A stretch of DNA of 64,000 bases from Tubulanus polymorphus. Lineage: Eukaryota > Animalia > Nemertea. The number at the start of each line of letters is the position of its first letter. Position 1 is the first letter of the stretch. The position numbers and the translations under genes were made by a program. The notes under the pieces were generated by a model, which did no database searches, had not been told where the DNA came from, and was given only the letters and a program-made list of their open reading frames with translations. Of this stretch, positions 50,301 through 64,000 are shown piece after piece. The DNA lies in assembly GCF_964204645.1 (NCBI RefSeq), contig NC_134035.1, positions 9,146,451-9,210,450 on the forward strand, in the 5' to 3' direction.

Positions 50301-53300
50301 TTTTTCTTCTATGTCCACGTCGTCATAAATTGCAGAAAAATACGTTAAACCACGAAGATATCGAATACACTTGTCTTTTAAAAATGGCTTCGTTGGTCCT
50401 CGTCGACTAGACTTTATTAGTAAAATGGCAAAAAAATATCGCGCGGAGTTTTTGTCTGCGTCGTTGATTATATCCTTCCCGAAGAAAAAAATGAAAATGT
50501 AGAATCCTCGCAGGTAAATACGAAACAACCCCGACACATCAGTAATTGGAGATCTCGTGCGAAGACGTCGTGAACATATATCTTTTTCACTGGTTGGATT
50601 CTAAGTCCCTCGACCCGTCTACGCTTACAAACGACCACTTAAAACATTCACCGCTTGCGGATCGGAATTCGAATCGACGCCTGAAATTTTAGTCCATTTT
50701 CAATTATTCGACTCAATTCACAACTGGCTTCTGTAACGCACTGAAACCGGTATGCGAGTCTGATAGAGCGGTTGTAGAATGCCATCTTGACAATTTTGTC
50801 TCTGCATCTCACCGCTGTTATGGAGAAGATTGGTTTCAATTAATCTAGATATCAGAAGATGATTATTTCATGTGTTACAGTTCACTAGAGAACCGACCAT
50901 TTGTGAATTGTTTCGCCGTTTCCAGACATTTACCGGGTCAAAAAATAACAAATAAAAATCTAAATTTACAAATCATAGAAAAAGTGTTTCGGTCTCAATG
51001 GTCTGACCTAAAAGGTCTTCGACACCGTGTCATTTTGGCCATCAAGATAGTGTCAACTGAGTTGACAATATGACGCTTGTAAACAATACTTGCGACGTCT
51101 GTGAATAACGTCTATGACGTCACATTACAGCGCCTCTATAGGCGAAGATGAAAACTATTTTTCAAAATCAATGTCAAATCTTTATGATGAAAACCAGGGG
51201 CAACTTCCTCAATTCAACTGCGAGACAATAATAAGGTCCTTTTCCCGTGGTTTGATCAGGATCTTAAAGATTGTGACTTGAGCCTGGACTAGGAACTCGA
51301 GACCAATTCAACTAATTCCCATGGATTTCGTAATTCTTGAGAACAATTTTCTAATTTCTTAGCGTCCTTTTGGATAAACAGCCTTTATGGCTCTGTTCAG
51401 GCTTTTGTATATGCACTTCATATATATACATATTTGTTTTTTTAATGAATTGAATATTTCCATCAATGTATGAAGAATTTTTACATATTCATGGTGACAT
51501 AATTGGATCAGAATTAACTATAAATCGAGAGGATACACAATATTTTATATATCGAAGTTACTCCCACCACGATAGAGCAACCGATTCGAGGATGAAGAAA
51601 GTTCATTCCCATCTACGCCACGCAGTGCCCTGAATGTAAATGGCGGTAAATTCATGTTTATAAATCAGGTAAACGTCTTTGAACTGGTTTTTTTGTCCTC
51701 TCCGCTACCAGGACGCCATGATCTCAGCGGATCGCTATCATCCTCGTCAGCGAAAATAACAAGACAAAAGGTTTCTAATTTCACTTTGACACGACAATCA
51801 TGAAATGAAATGCGATGCCCTTAGAATCTCATTTCTGCGAAACATTTTCTATCCGGTTTCATGGGTATGAATAGATGTCATACAAGTATTACAATGCGCC
51901 GAAAGTCGCATAACCAAGCTTCAAGTTACGATCATTATATTCGGTTTTTTTTCTCAAATTTCAAAAACGAATTAAACGTAGATGAATGCGAAAAAATGCG
52001 CCGTAACAAGCGATGATCTAAACGGTAACTCGATACGCGTACGTTTACACCTGGTGTCGCAGTCGCATTCTGCTGTAATTAAAAACGCTCGCAGGCCCCG
52101 GTAAAGTGGCTTTTGCGCGCATAACCGTCGGCGTTGATAGAGTGTTTTGTCCATGAAAGGTTTAGCAAAGAAGGCAATTTCAGAATTATGCGGAAAATCC
52201 ATAGCAGAAAGCTATGCGGTAAGATTTTAGATAACTTGTCATCTTGTAAAGTAATCATACTGTCGCGCAGCGAGTTGTAAAATTGCATTAAATCTATTGA
52301 CACCTTTAGGTGAGGTTTATCAATATCCTGGATAACACCGATACGAGTGAAATAGTTGATAAACGGCTGTCCAATACGGCACCATCAATCGGCTGTGTAC
52401 CCTACCATACATTATAGATGGATTTTAACGGTTCGCGGCCAATAAAAACCGAAAATGATTGCTACGAATCAACGGGTCTGTTATTCCACGTAATAGCCTA
52501 GTCGATAGCTTGCAGATTCTAATTTTCACCGTCCGCATTGTTCCTTGTGACAAAATCAATCGTGGAACTAGCGATAGTGATATTATACGCTAAATGATCG
52601 TCATTTCCTATTCGAATAGTCGTTTTCGTTTTGTAATGTCTAACGACCGATGTTTCCAATTTGTAATTTCGTTGTCGGGACGTTGATTTTTATGGTAGAA
52701 AGAAATTGCCGAGAATTGAATATTTGAAAAAATACAGTTGCAAATACCACCCACAACGCGGGATTAGATCCGTACGGATCTTTTTTAGTTATTCTCTTCC
52801 AGAATATCTTAGCTTTCTTTATCGGTATAGTCGGCGTAGCCCTGGAGCTTTTATCCGCGGATTGTTGACTTTGTATCGTGGTGGACATCCCCAAGTGCAC
52901 AAGAAATATTCACTTCTCTGTTTCGAGCTTAGACTTTTGTTTTTATCGACAATCAATTCAAAGTCGCGGCCGATTTAAGTGGGATACCTGGTCTCGATTT
53001 TGTCGGTATCGTTTCGACTCAAACGCTCGCCGACGGAAAACTAGATTTCTAAATTATCGAGGTTTTTTTCGGTAAAAGACTCGTTCGTTACATTTCGCCG
53101 TGAACACGGGCATTTCCTTTGAGGGCACCGGCTACCGATCGCACCGCGCAGAGTGACATTTCAGGTATTTTTTAAACGGTAAATTATCATTTCGTGGAAA
53201 GTTAAACAACAAAGAGACGAATAATGGAAATTCGTCCGTGCGCCTGAGCTCAATAGCTCTTTGAGACTTTCTTTTAGGTCAGAAGATTGTCGTTTTGGCC

Positions 53301-53734
53301 GCTCAAAATCCATTAAACGACCTCTTTGTTGTCAGAGGACGACATTAATTTTTTCCTGAAATTACTAATACATCTTTAAACACAAAACAAGTGATGTCAT
53401 CCTCGTTCGACGACGCATTTCCATACGCGGCGAGAAACTGTCACGTATAATCATAAAGATGTTACTCGAGATTGCCGGCTGAAGAGTATTAAATGAAACA
53501 TGTGTGAATCGTGAACTGGGCAAGTGATACGGAAAAGTATTTACAGTAAGTATGTCGATACTCATCAGACAATCAATAATCATCAATTCACGTGTAAACA
53601 TCGCTTGATTGAAACTGAATTCTTCTTGTCACATTCGCGTATAATAGATGATATTTTGCCGAGCGACGGGAGACGAATCGTCGTTCGGTTTCATTCAAGA
53701 CAACTATTGCTTATCGGGTGAGATATCACAGAGA

Positions 53735-54027
53735 TGCGGGATGAGAGAGACGGGGGGGCGAAGAGGATAAGTGGAAGGGTATATGCAAGATGGTTGAGTG
53801 AGTCGTATGATATGATAAGAATGTGGGGAGAATTGGCGAAGGGAGGGAAAGTGGAAGAACGACCAAAAGCAAAGAAGGGGAATAATGAGAGACAGAGGGA
53901 GGGAGAGAGAGAGTGGGTGAGGGTGGAGAAAATGAGGCCGAGAGTGGGTGATGGTGAAGAAAATGAGGCTGTGAGATGCAGCTAACATGTCTGAAAGAGA
54001 GAATTCGATACATGAAAGGGAGGGAGG
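53735..54027 (+). repeat. Purine-rich (GA/GGA) low-complexity tract
   Basis: Strong G/A skew over ~290 bp, e.g. gagagacagagggagggagagagagagtggg. Confidence 0.7.
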
Positions 54028-57000
54028 TTAAAAAACGAAATTCACACAGACTACACTGGTCTGTCTACTTATACGAGTTAAGCGCAAAATCAGCCTCAAA
54101 CAAACCAACATTTCTAAAGGCATTTTCATTTGCGTCTGAATGTTTTTCTTCTCTGATACGTTTGTTCTCCAGATAATCAGAACTTGTGTCTTTCGTATGT
54201 AAGTTATTATGTCGAGTAATTGGATCTTGTTCAAAAACAAAAACTCACTTAAATTTGGGTTCATTAAGTAATTCAAGTGTGGAATGTATCGTTCAAAAGA
54301 CGACGGGTTTATCTGTCATATTGACCTTTCGCGCGAATTGATGTACACTATATACTGTGACATCCAGGCAGAAATTTGAAATCGCAGAATAGACAACGAA
54401 ACGAAGTCCCAAACAATAGAAGTGGAAGTTAAAAAATTCATCGACGCCAAAACATCTAAGCTTCAATATCATCTGTGATCTTATTTCAAACCACTGAGTT
54501 CTGTTAGTCGAAGCGGTTCTTTTTCATCTTTACAGATGAGTTAGGCCATCAAGAAGGATCTTTGATGATGAAATGCAAGTACGAGCAGGATTCGTACCCA
54601 GTGATACCTACGCTGGAAAATAGCCGACAATTTGACTTACTTCACTGAAAATAACGTTGGCGATGATTCAGAAACTTGTCGACCTGTTTGCAAGCGTGTG
54701 CCGATGAAGGTAGTTCTTTCCCTTTGGAAAGAAACTCTATCAGATGAGAAATAGTGAAGATTCATTCAGTCGCAATCAAAATGAAGAAAGACAATTTCTT
54801 TTTTTTAATAATTTGAACCGATTATGCGGACGAACATTCGAACCCCTTAGCGCGCCCATGGTTTGACCTCGTCCAGCGAAAATAACAGTGTCAAGGCGAT
54901 CGCATTACTGGAATGCGTCTGCCCCCATGAAGAGCGGTATTCGAGGAAAGACGATTCATGGCAACATTTACAGGTGTCTTGGGAGACACTCGCGCACTGC
55001 GTGATCTATCTACTGATAAATTAATTATATCGCGAAGTCTTGAGACATTCGTTAATTCATTATATAAATTCCTTATTGATAGCCATAATGGACCGCTTTA
55101 TTTATGGTATTGTCAGCTGTCTGGGGGCGCTTGTCGAAAAATAAATGCAATTTGTGCCAGAGCTATACTCGTTAATGTACTATGCAAGCCCTCTACGCTC
55201 GACCATCGTCGCCCATCTCCGAATAAGTACTAAGTAAGTCAAGAGTGACCGAAGGGGTCGTTATATGGCCAGGTCAGATAAGGTTCGGTACATTCATATA
55301 AATCTGGAAATTAAAGGTCCATTAGGGTGTCACGTAGGATGGATGTATTGAGGTATATCTGGTTGAATTGTCGGGGATCACCTCGTCGAATAAGATGAAC
55401 TTACAATTGCGATTCAGCAGTCTACAACAAAGCCGCCGATACTCGTTGAAACATCTGAAACCGGACGATCGATCAATTGTGTCACTATTCTGATTCAAAT
55501 CTTCTCCGAGATGTCGAAAAGTGAATACGCGGTTCCGAATAATCGAATAATGAATATAGAGAGAATTGCGTATATAGCATCAAAGAGACGTTTGACCAAG
55601 CAGTTATTACGATCATTATTAATTCGTCTTTAACGGAAGCGCGCGACTACAAACTACCACTAACCACGTCCTTTCATGAGTGCCGAGTAAACTACGCCTC
55701 GGCCTTGGTCCTAATATTAATGACGGGCGCACGTAATATGTGGAAAAATTCATATTACTTCGTATTACTCATACTATCGCCCCGAGAGATCAGAGGCGTT
55801 GCGATGCTCTAATACACGAATTAACAGTTTTCGAAATCATTTTACAAAACCGATATGATATTCAAATAATGCACTAATTTGTCTTTTCATACCAAGATAG
55901 TCACGGAAAAGCAAATTTACATTCGTTGAGTCTTAAACCGCAATGCGTGGGTTGGTCGAGCTCGGTTGTGCAGTTTTCGTGAACAGGGGATTTTACTTTA
56001 AACAGTCACCCGAGTCAATTTCACTGCACCAGAATCCTGATAACTGTCGTTTTTTTACAGGCGATCATCGTGATGATTCCTATGTCAACGAGTCCGGCGA
56101 ATTATCAAGTTAATGTAGTTGGAATTGCGAGAAGCCGTAGTTTATTTCATTTCGCGCACGTCGTCACCGAACGTGTTGCATATACAACGAGAGTTTTTTT
56201 AGAATATTTTCGGCGGCATCTTCGGGAATGAGTCGATATCTTTTTATGCCTTGTTTGTTTCCTAGCTCAGCGTTAAAGTCGTCTGAATGAAGCGGAAAAC
56301 AGAAAATCAACGTGAAGCGTATTTAAAAAATGACGACCAATTTGTCGCAGACGATTCGATCATTTTCTTTCTTCCGGTACACGTTCGGTTTATTCAATTC
56401 GGTAGAAACATAAAAATAGCTTTATACATCATTAAATTTCGGCAACGAACTAAGAGGAAATTACCATTTGCAGATATAATAGAAGTCACTTATTTGGCTA
56501 ATTTCGAGTTTGTATCGAAAGAGACAACAGAAATAGAAACACGTTTTCGAAAGTGGGATTCAGAGAAATTATCGTTAAATACCAGTTTCACAAAAAGATG
56601 AATTTTTGATAGCATCAAATCGTCGATTGCGGAGTTTTCATCGCACCGGACCTCGCCGTGTCTTGTATTTCGAAAATCACGGCTTATAAATCATTAGTTT
56701 GATGGATTAGTTATAGTTATCTAACCATAACAAATAGAGAGACGGAGCAAAGCTTCGGCTTCGTGTGGAGAAGAGTCTCAATTACCAAATACATTAATTA
56801 TGTATAACCGGTTTATACCGGTAGTTGTGGGTTTGTATTTGTGGACCGGCCCCAGTTCTAATATGCAAAGACGACGGTAATAACCGTTCATTATTCGCGT
56901 TTACAGGAAAACCTAAATTAAACAGCGCGCCATGTGGTCTGTGTCTCAACCGTTCGTCGTCGTCACCTGCATATCATTTTACACGGTCAGTTCATCGCGC

Positions 57001-60000
57001 GTATTATATTCGCGTCATGCCCGGATTATTCATAACGATCATAACTTAATTCGCCTGCTAATATTGAAATAAATATCACTCGCGCCGTCGCAATATTGTG
57101 ACAGGTGATAGTTTCCCTACGAGTATCATCTTCTTCTTAAAACCCACGCCGCACGGTTCCCTCCTCTGCTTACATGGCGGTCGATTTAAACACGACAAAT
57201 CATCTTAAAATTCAAATTCATTTTTTTCGCTATTACTTGTGTGCATGATGTGTGAGTGTGATGAATGTGGTGTGGGGTGTGGATGCTTCTGGGTGATACC
57301 CCTTAGATAGACTGTTTCAGTCTCTCCGTGTAGCCCCGTTATCCCGTTACATTTTTCTTCGTTTAACCATACTTATCATATCGTCTAATAATGTAACATT
57401 TTAATGAAAATAAATTTCAATTAACTCATGTAAGTACCGCACTAAATCTACGACGAAGTATAATCACTAATTCCATAGTTCAGAATTGATGCCGATTGAA
57501 TTCGACGCCGTTCAGTTCGGTTGATAAGTCTAGCTTCGAAATATACGGGATGCGTCTTATTTGAATAATGAATAATACAAAGTTTTTCTATATAGCGCTA
57601 TCCCGAAAAACCTTCGCTGTCTCTCCAAACGCTCTACACGGAATAACAATAAGGGGCCATTCATTTATTACCTAGCCCTAAGCTTTTAAATGAGATGATG
57701 TCAACCAATATGTTTTCTGCTGGTTGCTGATTCCAGATGCTTGCACCATCAGAAGACAAAACTAACGGTCACCAAAATTGGGTTCTTGCAAAAGTTGTGA
57801 TGTAAAATACAAGAACGGTTGACTGTATAGGCGTAGAATAAAACTACATTGGAAGTTCTGTTTCAATATTTAAGTATCGTTGGAAACTTAATCAAGGTAC
57901 GTGGTTCTGAAACTGCAGCCATATTCACAAAACCTTGCTAAGTTCTATACCTTAACTAGAGAGTAAGTTAGTAAGCTTTCGTGAATACGGCTGCCGATTT
58001 TTGTAATGGCGACCGAACGACTATCAACAAGCAGGTGCGCGAGTCAGAACGAAATATGAAAAACGTCTGTACGTTAATAATATGGAGACATCAGAAATTG
58101 GAAGTAAGATCTTCGGGGTATTTTCTCTCGGCTGCTCTCAGTTGTGGTATTTACATTTAGAGTGGTCGATTATTTATTCAAATTGTCCACATTCTTTGCA
58201 TTACAATTGATCTCAAAGTTCTGTTTGATATGTAAGTGAGAACCTCCCACATATCCTTAAGTTAAATTGGCCTTTTCGCTAAATAAACTTTATAATTCGT
58301 TTTATTTACTGTTGCCGCGAGTAAATCTTAACCCGAACCAGCCGCTCGCTGTACGTATCTTAAACGCGTTCGATATGGATTTCTAGTTTGGATACTTGAA
58401 CCGGTGTGTCGGATGGGAGAGATGTCTATGGCACTCGTTGTTTACCCGGACATCATCGAAAGCGCCAGGCCAATTTATCATTTATTTTAAATAGATCAGT
58501 CCAAAGGCTGACTTACGAAAAAAGGCTGAAGTGCGGCCGACCTGAGCCGGGATTACGATCGCGTTTGTCCTAAGTTGTGTCGGTATTCGTAGAGCGTCGC
58601 AACCCGACGTAATGATCTAGCCTTAAAAACCTCGAGAATAATTTTGATCTGAACCGCGCGTTTGGATTTATTTTTCCACGCAATAGGAACTGACAAGTCC
58701 TCAGAGAGTGTTTGACTCATGATTGCAGGTATAGGAACTGCAGCTGCAGAATGATAACGCTACGAGACGGGATACTAGAAAACCGAACAGAATGCATCGT
58801 TCATCACGTAAGCAACGAATTGAAACATGATGGATCAGAATATTAATATCAACTTGTTGCTTGTTACGAGCGTGATTGTCAACGGTAGAATGAATTACTA
58901 CTGGCCACCATCCCCCGATACTATTCCTCATCGTTATTCTATCTATGAGGTAATAGTGATATCTGTCGGTGATCTAGCATTAAGACGCGCGCATAGGGTT
59001 CACGACCAATGACAAATTACAATTTGATAAACTTGAAATTGCGACGGAGCCGGCTAATGAAGACTCGGCCCGGTCGCGCTAATCGAACTTCGCATTAGTC
59101 ATCATAATACACAGATATGACGTTATATGCGTTTATGCATTACCTTCTTGACACGTGACCAGGTCGCCGCCTTCGCAGACGTACTTAATCGGTTTTCTAG
59201 GCAATCATTTCGTAATTTTCATTCGCGAAGAAATAATTATACTCGAGAGTTGACGCCGCGTGTACGCCGTCGAGTTCCTTAAAGCTTTATCATAACAAAC
59301 GAAGTTATACGATTCGTAATTGTCAGAAGCGCAATACTTCCCCGCTAGAAAACACGGCCTACAATTCGGTTATCTACACTCGTAGGTTTTACTAATTACG
59401 ATATATTCCTCGGCGACATCAATAACGACGACGCATTAAAGAGGCAAAATTCAACTGCGTTTTTCTCTTATCGCGGATAACACGACGGAGTTCATCTTTC
59501 GAAATACCGACAACGAATAGATATTGAATAACGAGGCTGTCATTCCGTATGCACCAGTGATAGGAATACGATCATACAATAAAACTATTCCCTTTTTATC
59601 ATATTTTCTATGAAAACGGGTAAAAAAAGTTTTATTTTCATGACGCATTACATTTATCTATCCAGGGTTCATCGAAACAAAAAAGGAAACAATTTACTAA
59701 ATGTCAGGAACAGATATTTCCTATTTCAGGGCCTCAAAATCTCCTTCTGCGCTAGAATCGTTTCGAAGTGTTGTTCATGTGTTGTTCCACGCGAAATGAC
59801 AGACCTGGTCACATGGACCAAAACTGAAGTTTCGTATTCCGACACGTGTGGACAATACGGTGAAAACCGGACGTATATACTTATGACGGAAATTGCCGAC
59901 ATAGATTAAGTCATGTGCCGGAGATTTGCGATTTATCTTTGGGCCAAGCACGGCTGTCCATCGATGAATCATCTTCTGAACAAAATGCCAAAATGTTTAA

Positions 60001-63000
60001 GCAAGGGCAACCAATCAAAGCGTTGTAGGTTATTCAAAGGTTAATAAATATCATGATTTTTAGTTTGTCCGTGGAAAAAATATTATTTAGAATAGCCTTA
60101 CGCACGCCATTTTGTCTCTTAACATGTTTTTGTAATGATTTTTTCGTTGGTGAATGTTCTTAATTAAAAATACCTTTTAAAAATATGAATGTTTGCATTA
60201 TCCGTTATAGACTCGTGCCGTTTTAAAGATCAGTATAGATTACACATAATAACCCGTGAATGGCTACTTGCAGTTGAATTCAGTTATCGCGGATGTTAAG
60301 AAAATATCAAATTAGGCAGCCAAGAAAATTCACCCCAACCAGTCGCTTGCCAGTTCAGACTGAATGGAAGATTGTTTGAATGAACCGGAACCGAATTTCC
60401 AATTATGTACTTCGATGTAAACAAAAAAAAGAAATTCTGTTAACTCGACCGCTGATCACACAACTATATCTGTACTTCGATTTCCAATTTCATAATCAAA
60501 CCCCCTGTTTCGCTCTCGGCAGGTGTGGTGGGTCTGTAAGGGACACTCAATCGAAAAATCAAACGACATTTACCAACCAAATAAACAAATAACGGGGACA
60601 ATCCCTATTTTAAGATCGAAAGAAAATATCAGTACCACGGTAAACCGTCACCTAAGATCAATCAATTCACGAAGGCTTTCTAATCATATCTCGCTGCTTA
60701 ATGTCTTCAGGTGCAGAATAGTTCTCTATAGGCTTATAGTACCCCTAAGAGCTCGAACTTTCGACTTCGCAAGTTATTATTAACGTACCAAACGCAAGAT
60801 TAATAATACATATATAAATAATACAGATATTAGGTTTAGCATATAAAGGCGATCTAAGAATAAAGACGATAAGAATATACCTAGTGATAAGTCTCATCTA
60901 TGAAAATTGACCGCGCTGCTTATAAGAGCGCCAAGCGATCACCCAGATGAAAACCTTGGAGAGGGGGCTTTTAGACTAATTACATATAATCCATTGCGTC
61001 GTTCATTACGGTCAAATTACCCGATTGTACGTCAAATTGTGGACAATGGACACGTCTGGATATGATGAACAACTTTCCACAAACTGGCAATTGACCGTAA
61101 TTATTTTAGCCGGTTAATGTATAAATCTATCCGTGTATTTATCGATATTTATGCACCAATCACTCGGTTGTGTTACCGTCCTCGTTATAATGGCTATACA
61201 AAGTACCGGCAGAGGGTGACTCGAGTGACACGAAACTATTATTTTGTATATAACGCCAGGAAGAATATGGAATACGTATTCAAACGATGTATCAATTTCA
61301 ACTCATCTAGAGAGGAAGTGGGTTTAAGTAGGCTTTGAATTCAAGGAGAAAAGGAAGATTCAGTTTGAAAGCTGAGTATTATCTCATTTGCATGAAAATG
61401 AATTAGTTAAAAAAGTATTGGTTTTTTCGTATATTCAATTTGATAAATGTTAATATTCACGAGGGTTCTACGCAACGGGTTGATTCAGCGAGATCGTGAT
61501 CCCGACGGTTGCGGTTGTTGTTGTTGTTTTTTTTTTCGAATATGAGTCAGAGTCTGCTTCGGATGATGCGACGACGACGACGACGAGGAAATAAAGCCAT
61601 TTCAAATAGAATATTCTCAGCACACATTGACAGACGTTTCCTCTGTAAAATTAATGAAATACGTCGTTTTCAGCGGTGTCCTTCGATTCATAATCTCAAA
61701 ACTTGCTGATGACTATATACGTCTTAATCCGGCGGCTTTGGATTCACGATAAATCGCCGCAACGATCGACGACAAAGCGCTAGTGGCGAGAATCGTATTC
61801 CGCGCTCGTTCGCGATCCAAAAACGACATTCCGTTTCGCATATGGGAAATGTAATTTTTCTACGACGCCATTTCCGTGTGTGGTGCTGAAATCATGAATT
61901 TGCCGTGGGGAGATATTTTCTTCTGAAAAATACTTTCCATTTCTAAAAAAATAGTAGTCAAAATTATACCCCTTCGAAATTCCAGTTCGTCGTTTGACTT
62001 TTGATTGATATTTAGAATTACTGGGTCAGTAACACAGTCAAGGCTTAGAATTAAGACCAGTCCAAGCTTATCTTGGTACTACAGCCGATCGAACGGTCAT
62101 GTGAAGTTACGAATGTCGAACTGGGCCTTGCCAGTCAAGAAAGGAAACAAGCGGTAACGTGACCGGAAGTGCACACGAACGAGTCGCTACACCGCCCCCT
62201 CCCCGAGGGATTTCGCAATAACATCAACACTATTAAAGTTTAATACGTGTCTGATATTTTACGCATGGTCACATTGCTACGTTAGTAATTCATCATTGAT
62301 AATTTCCGTGCAGCATCAGTTGGTATATCCCGTTGTCAAATACCGACCTCAACCTCAATTTACTTTCTGTAGCCGAAAAAAATTGTCTTGTCTTGAGAGA
62401 ACTCATTACAGAAAAAAATGTGCTAATTCAAAAATTATTTAGTTCGAAATGAATAGAAAGAGTTAGTAAATTAATCTAAAAAGATTTCAACTGAAGTAGA
62501 ATTTGAAATGCAGATTGAACAAATGACTCGGTTAGTAGATAAATCGTATCTTAGGTTGAATACATTCTGATTTTATGATTCTTTATATAATACATAACTA
62601 TATTACTTTATTCATTTTATAGAATATCAAACTGTAACAACACCTGACGATGGTCTCTTGTGAAAGTACGAAACGCTAAGTCATTTCATCTTTGATTCCA
62701 ACTCGTAATAAAATCTCTGTTTTTTTAAGCCTCATTCTGTGCGTATACAATAGGTACAGTATTATATCATGCTTCATGTTGGAGAAAATCTATTTCAACA
62801 ACGCTGAGCGTGATTCTGTAAAGTGGAGGATTGGAATAGCGTAGTTTGTCGCACCAATTCGGATTAACAGTTGTAAAAAGCCGTGTAAACATTTCTATCC
62901 CGATCCGATGGGAATTTCTGTATGAACTGTGGATTTAGACGCGAAATGCCACCACGACTGGTTTTCGAGATGTTGGATGTAGTTTTTTTCTATGGTAACT

Positions 63001-64000
63001 CACGAATTTCTCACGAAGACCTTTGCAATATAATCGAACGCGGACCTTCTCGCCATTTTTTTCATAGATAAGAAAGGAATGCAATAAATGAAAAGCCAAC
63101 GCAAAGATATTTCGATACTCAATGAAAGCTAGGTCCACTGACATGTATTTCCCAGTCAACCTATCGAATATAATCATCCCACTTAAAAACAAGATACACG
63201 GTCCAGATTGTACGATCAATGATTTTCAACATGTCACCGGATTCTAAATGGCTTTTGATATCTTGTACGGGCATACATCACCGCGTGTACTCAAGTTACG
63301 CGCGGCCTTCAACGAAAAAAGTCTAAACTCCGAAACAATTCTGGGATAGATTTAAAAAAATCTAGCAACGGTAGAAACAGTTCTAAAACCTCTCTCGAAA
63401 CCTCATTAGCAGCTGCCTATCTTCTATGAGTGAATAGCATAATTCATTTCACCATTAGCGGCGTGTAGAGACGGTATTTCAGAAAAAAAGACCGTATCTC
63501 GCTTGACTCTTGAAACACATTTCAGAAATAATTGATGAAGCATCGCTCGGTGAACAGCATTTTCAAAACCGTTTTAAGGGTTTTCTTTTTCCCTCTGTAT
63601 TTTTCGCGTATAGCTACAGGTTGACGTTACGTACTGGCTTCGTCGCAATTTTACCGGGAGTTTTCTTTTTTCAATGACTCAGTCAAAATCATAGCTGCAC
63701 GCAATTTAATGATTTATTCATAGAAAAAAGGTTTCGTTAACAACGATATTCATGCCCGCCAATGATCAACGCGTACTTTCTATATTGCGCTTCCAAATAC
63801 AGTATTATCAGACGATCTTATCTTGGAATATGTTCATCTTTTGTTCGAGTCAAAATTTCTAATTTTTTTAAAATTTGTGATTATGGCATCATATTTCATT
63901 CTTATTAATGCATAAACGTCTTCATATGATTCATTAATAATTACATGTCTTTTCAGGCCCACGCTTTTATCGAGGCGTATCTGCAATCTACTTTTTTCAC

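Noticed and set aside
53704-54013. His/Pro/Ser- or Glu/Arg-rich ORFs
   Set aside because: By-products of the purine-rich low-complexity tract.
58729-58807. Possible + strand exon YRNCSCRMITLRDGILENRTECIVHH between cag and gtaagc
   Set aside because: Weak pyrimidine tract, no partner exons found, no recognisable family.
62935-63219. 94-aa minus-strand ORF
   Set aside because: Non-ATG start, no motif or splice support.

Overview
This is AT-rich eukaryotic genomic DNA from a lophotrochozoan invertebrate, inferred from the neuropeptide types and intron-rich genes. Most ORF-track entries are spurious or exon fragments. By hand-splicing GT-AG exons and checking phases I reconstructed seven genes. 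(1) An OGFr-domain gene (- strand, runs off the left end). (2) An intronless FMRFamide-receptor-like class A GPCR (-). (3) A 3-exon, 101-aa uncharacterised gene (+) absent from the ORF track, with Forkhead and X-box-like motifs upstream. (4) TMEM45-like (-). (5) A 4-coding-exon calcitonin-type neuropeptide precursor (+) carrying two different Cys-ring, Pro-amide peptides on phase-symmetric exons. (6) A 12-exon TRPC-family channel (-) with one GC-AG intron. (7) An FxRIamide-type precursor with 15 xFMRIamide copies (-). Non-coding DNA contains fold-back, Penelope-type elements with minimal hammerhead ribozymes (one apparently intact), several MITEs and LINE 3' ends. I found no convincing CDS from about 41 kb to 64 kb. 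All homology calls come from remembered family motifs; no searches were run.
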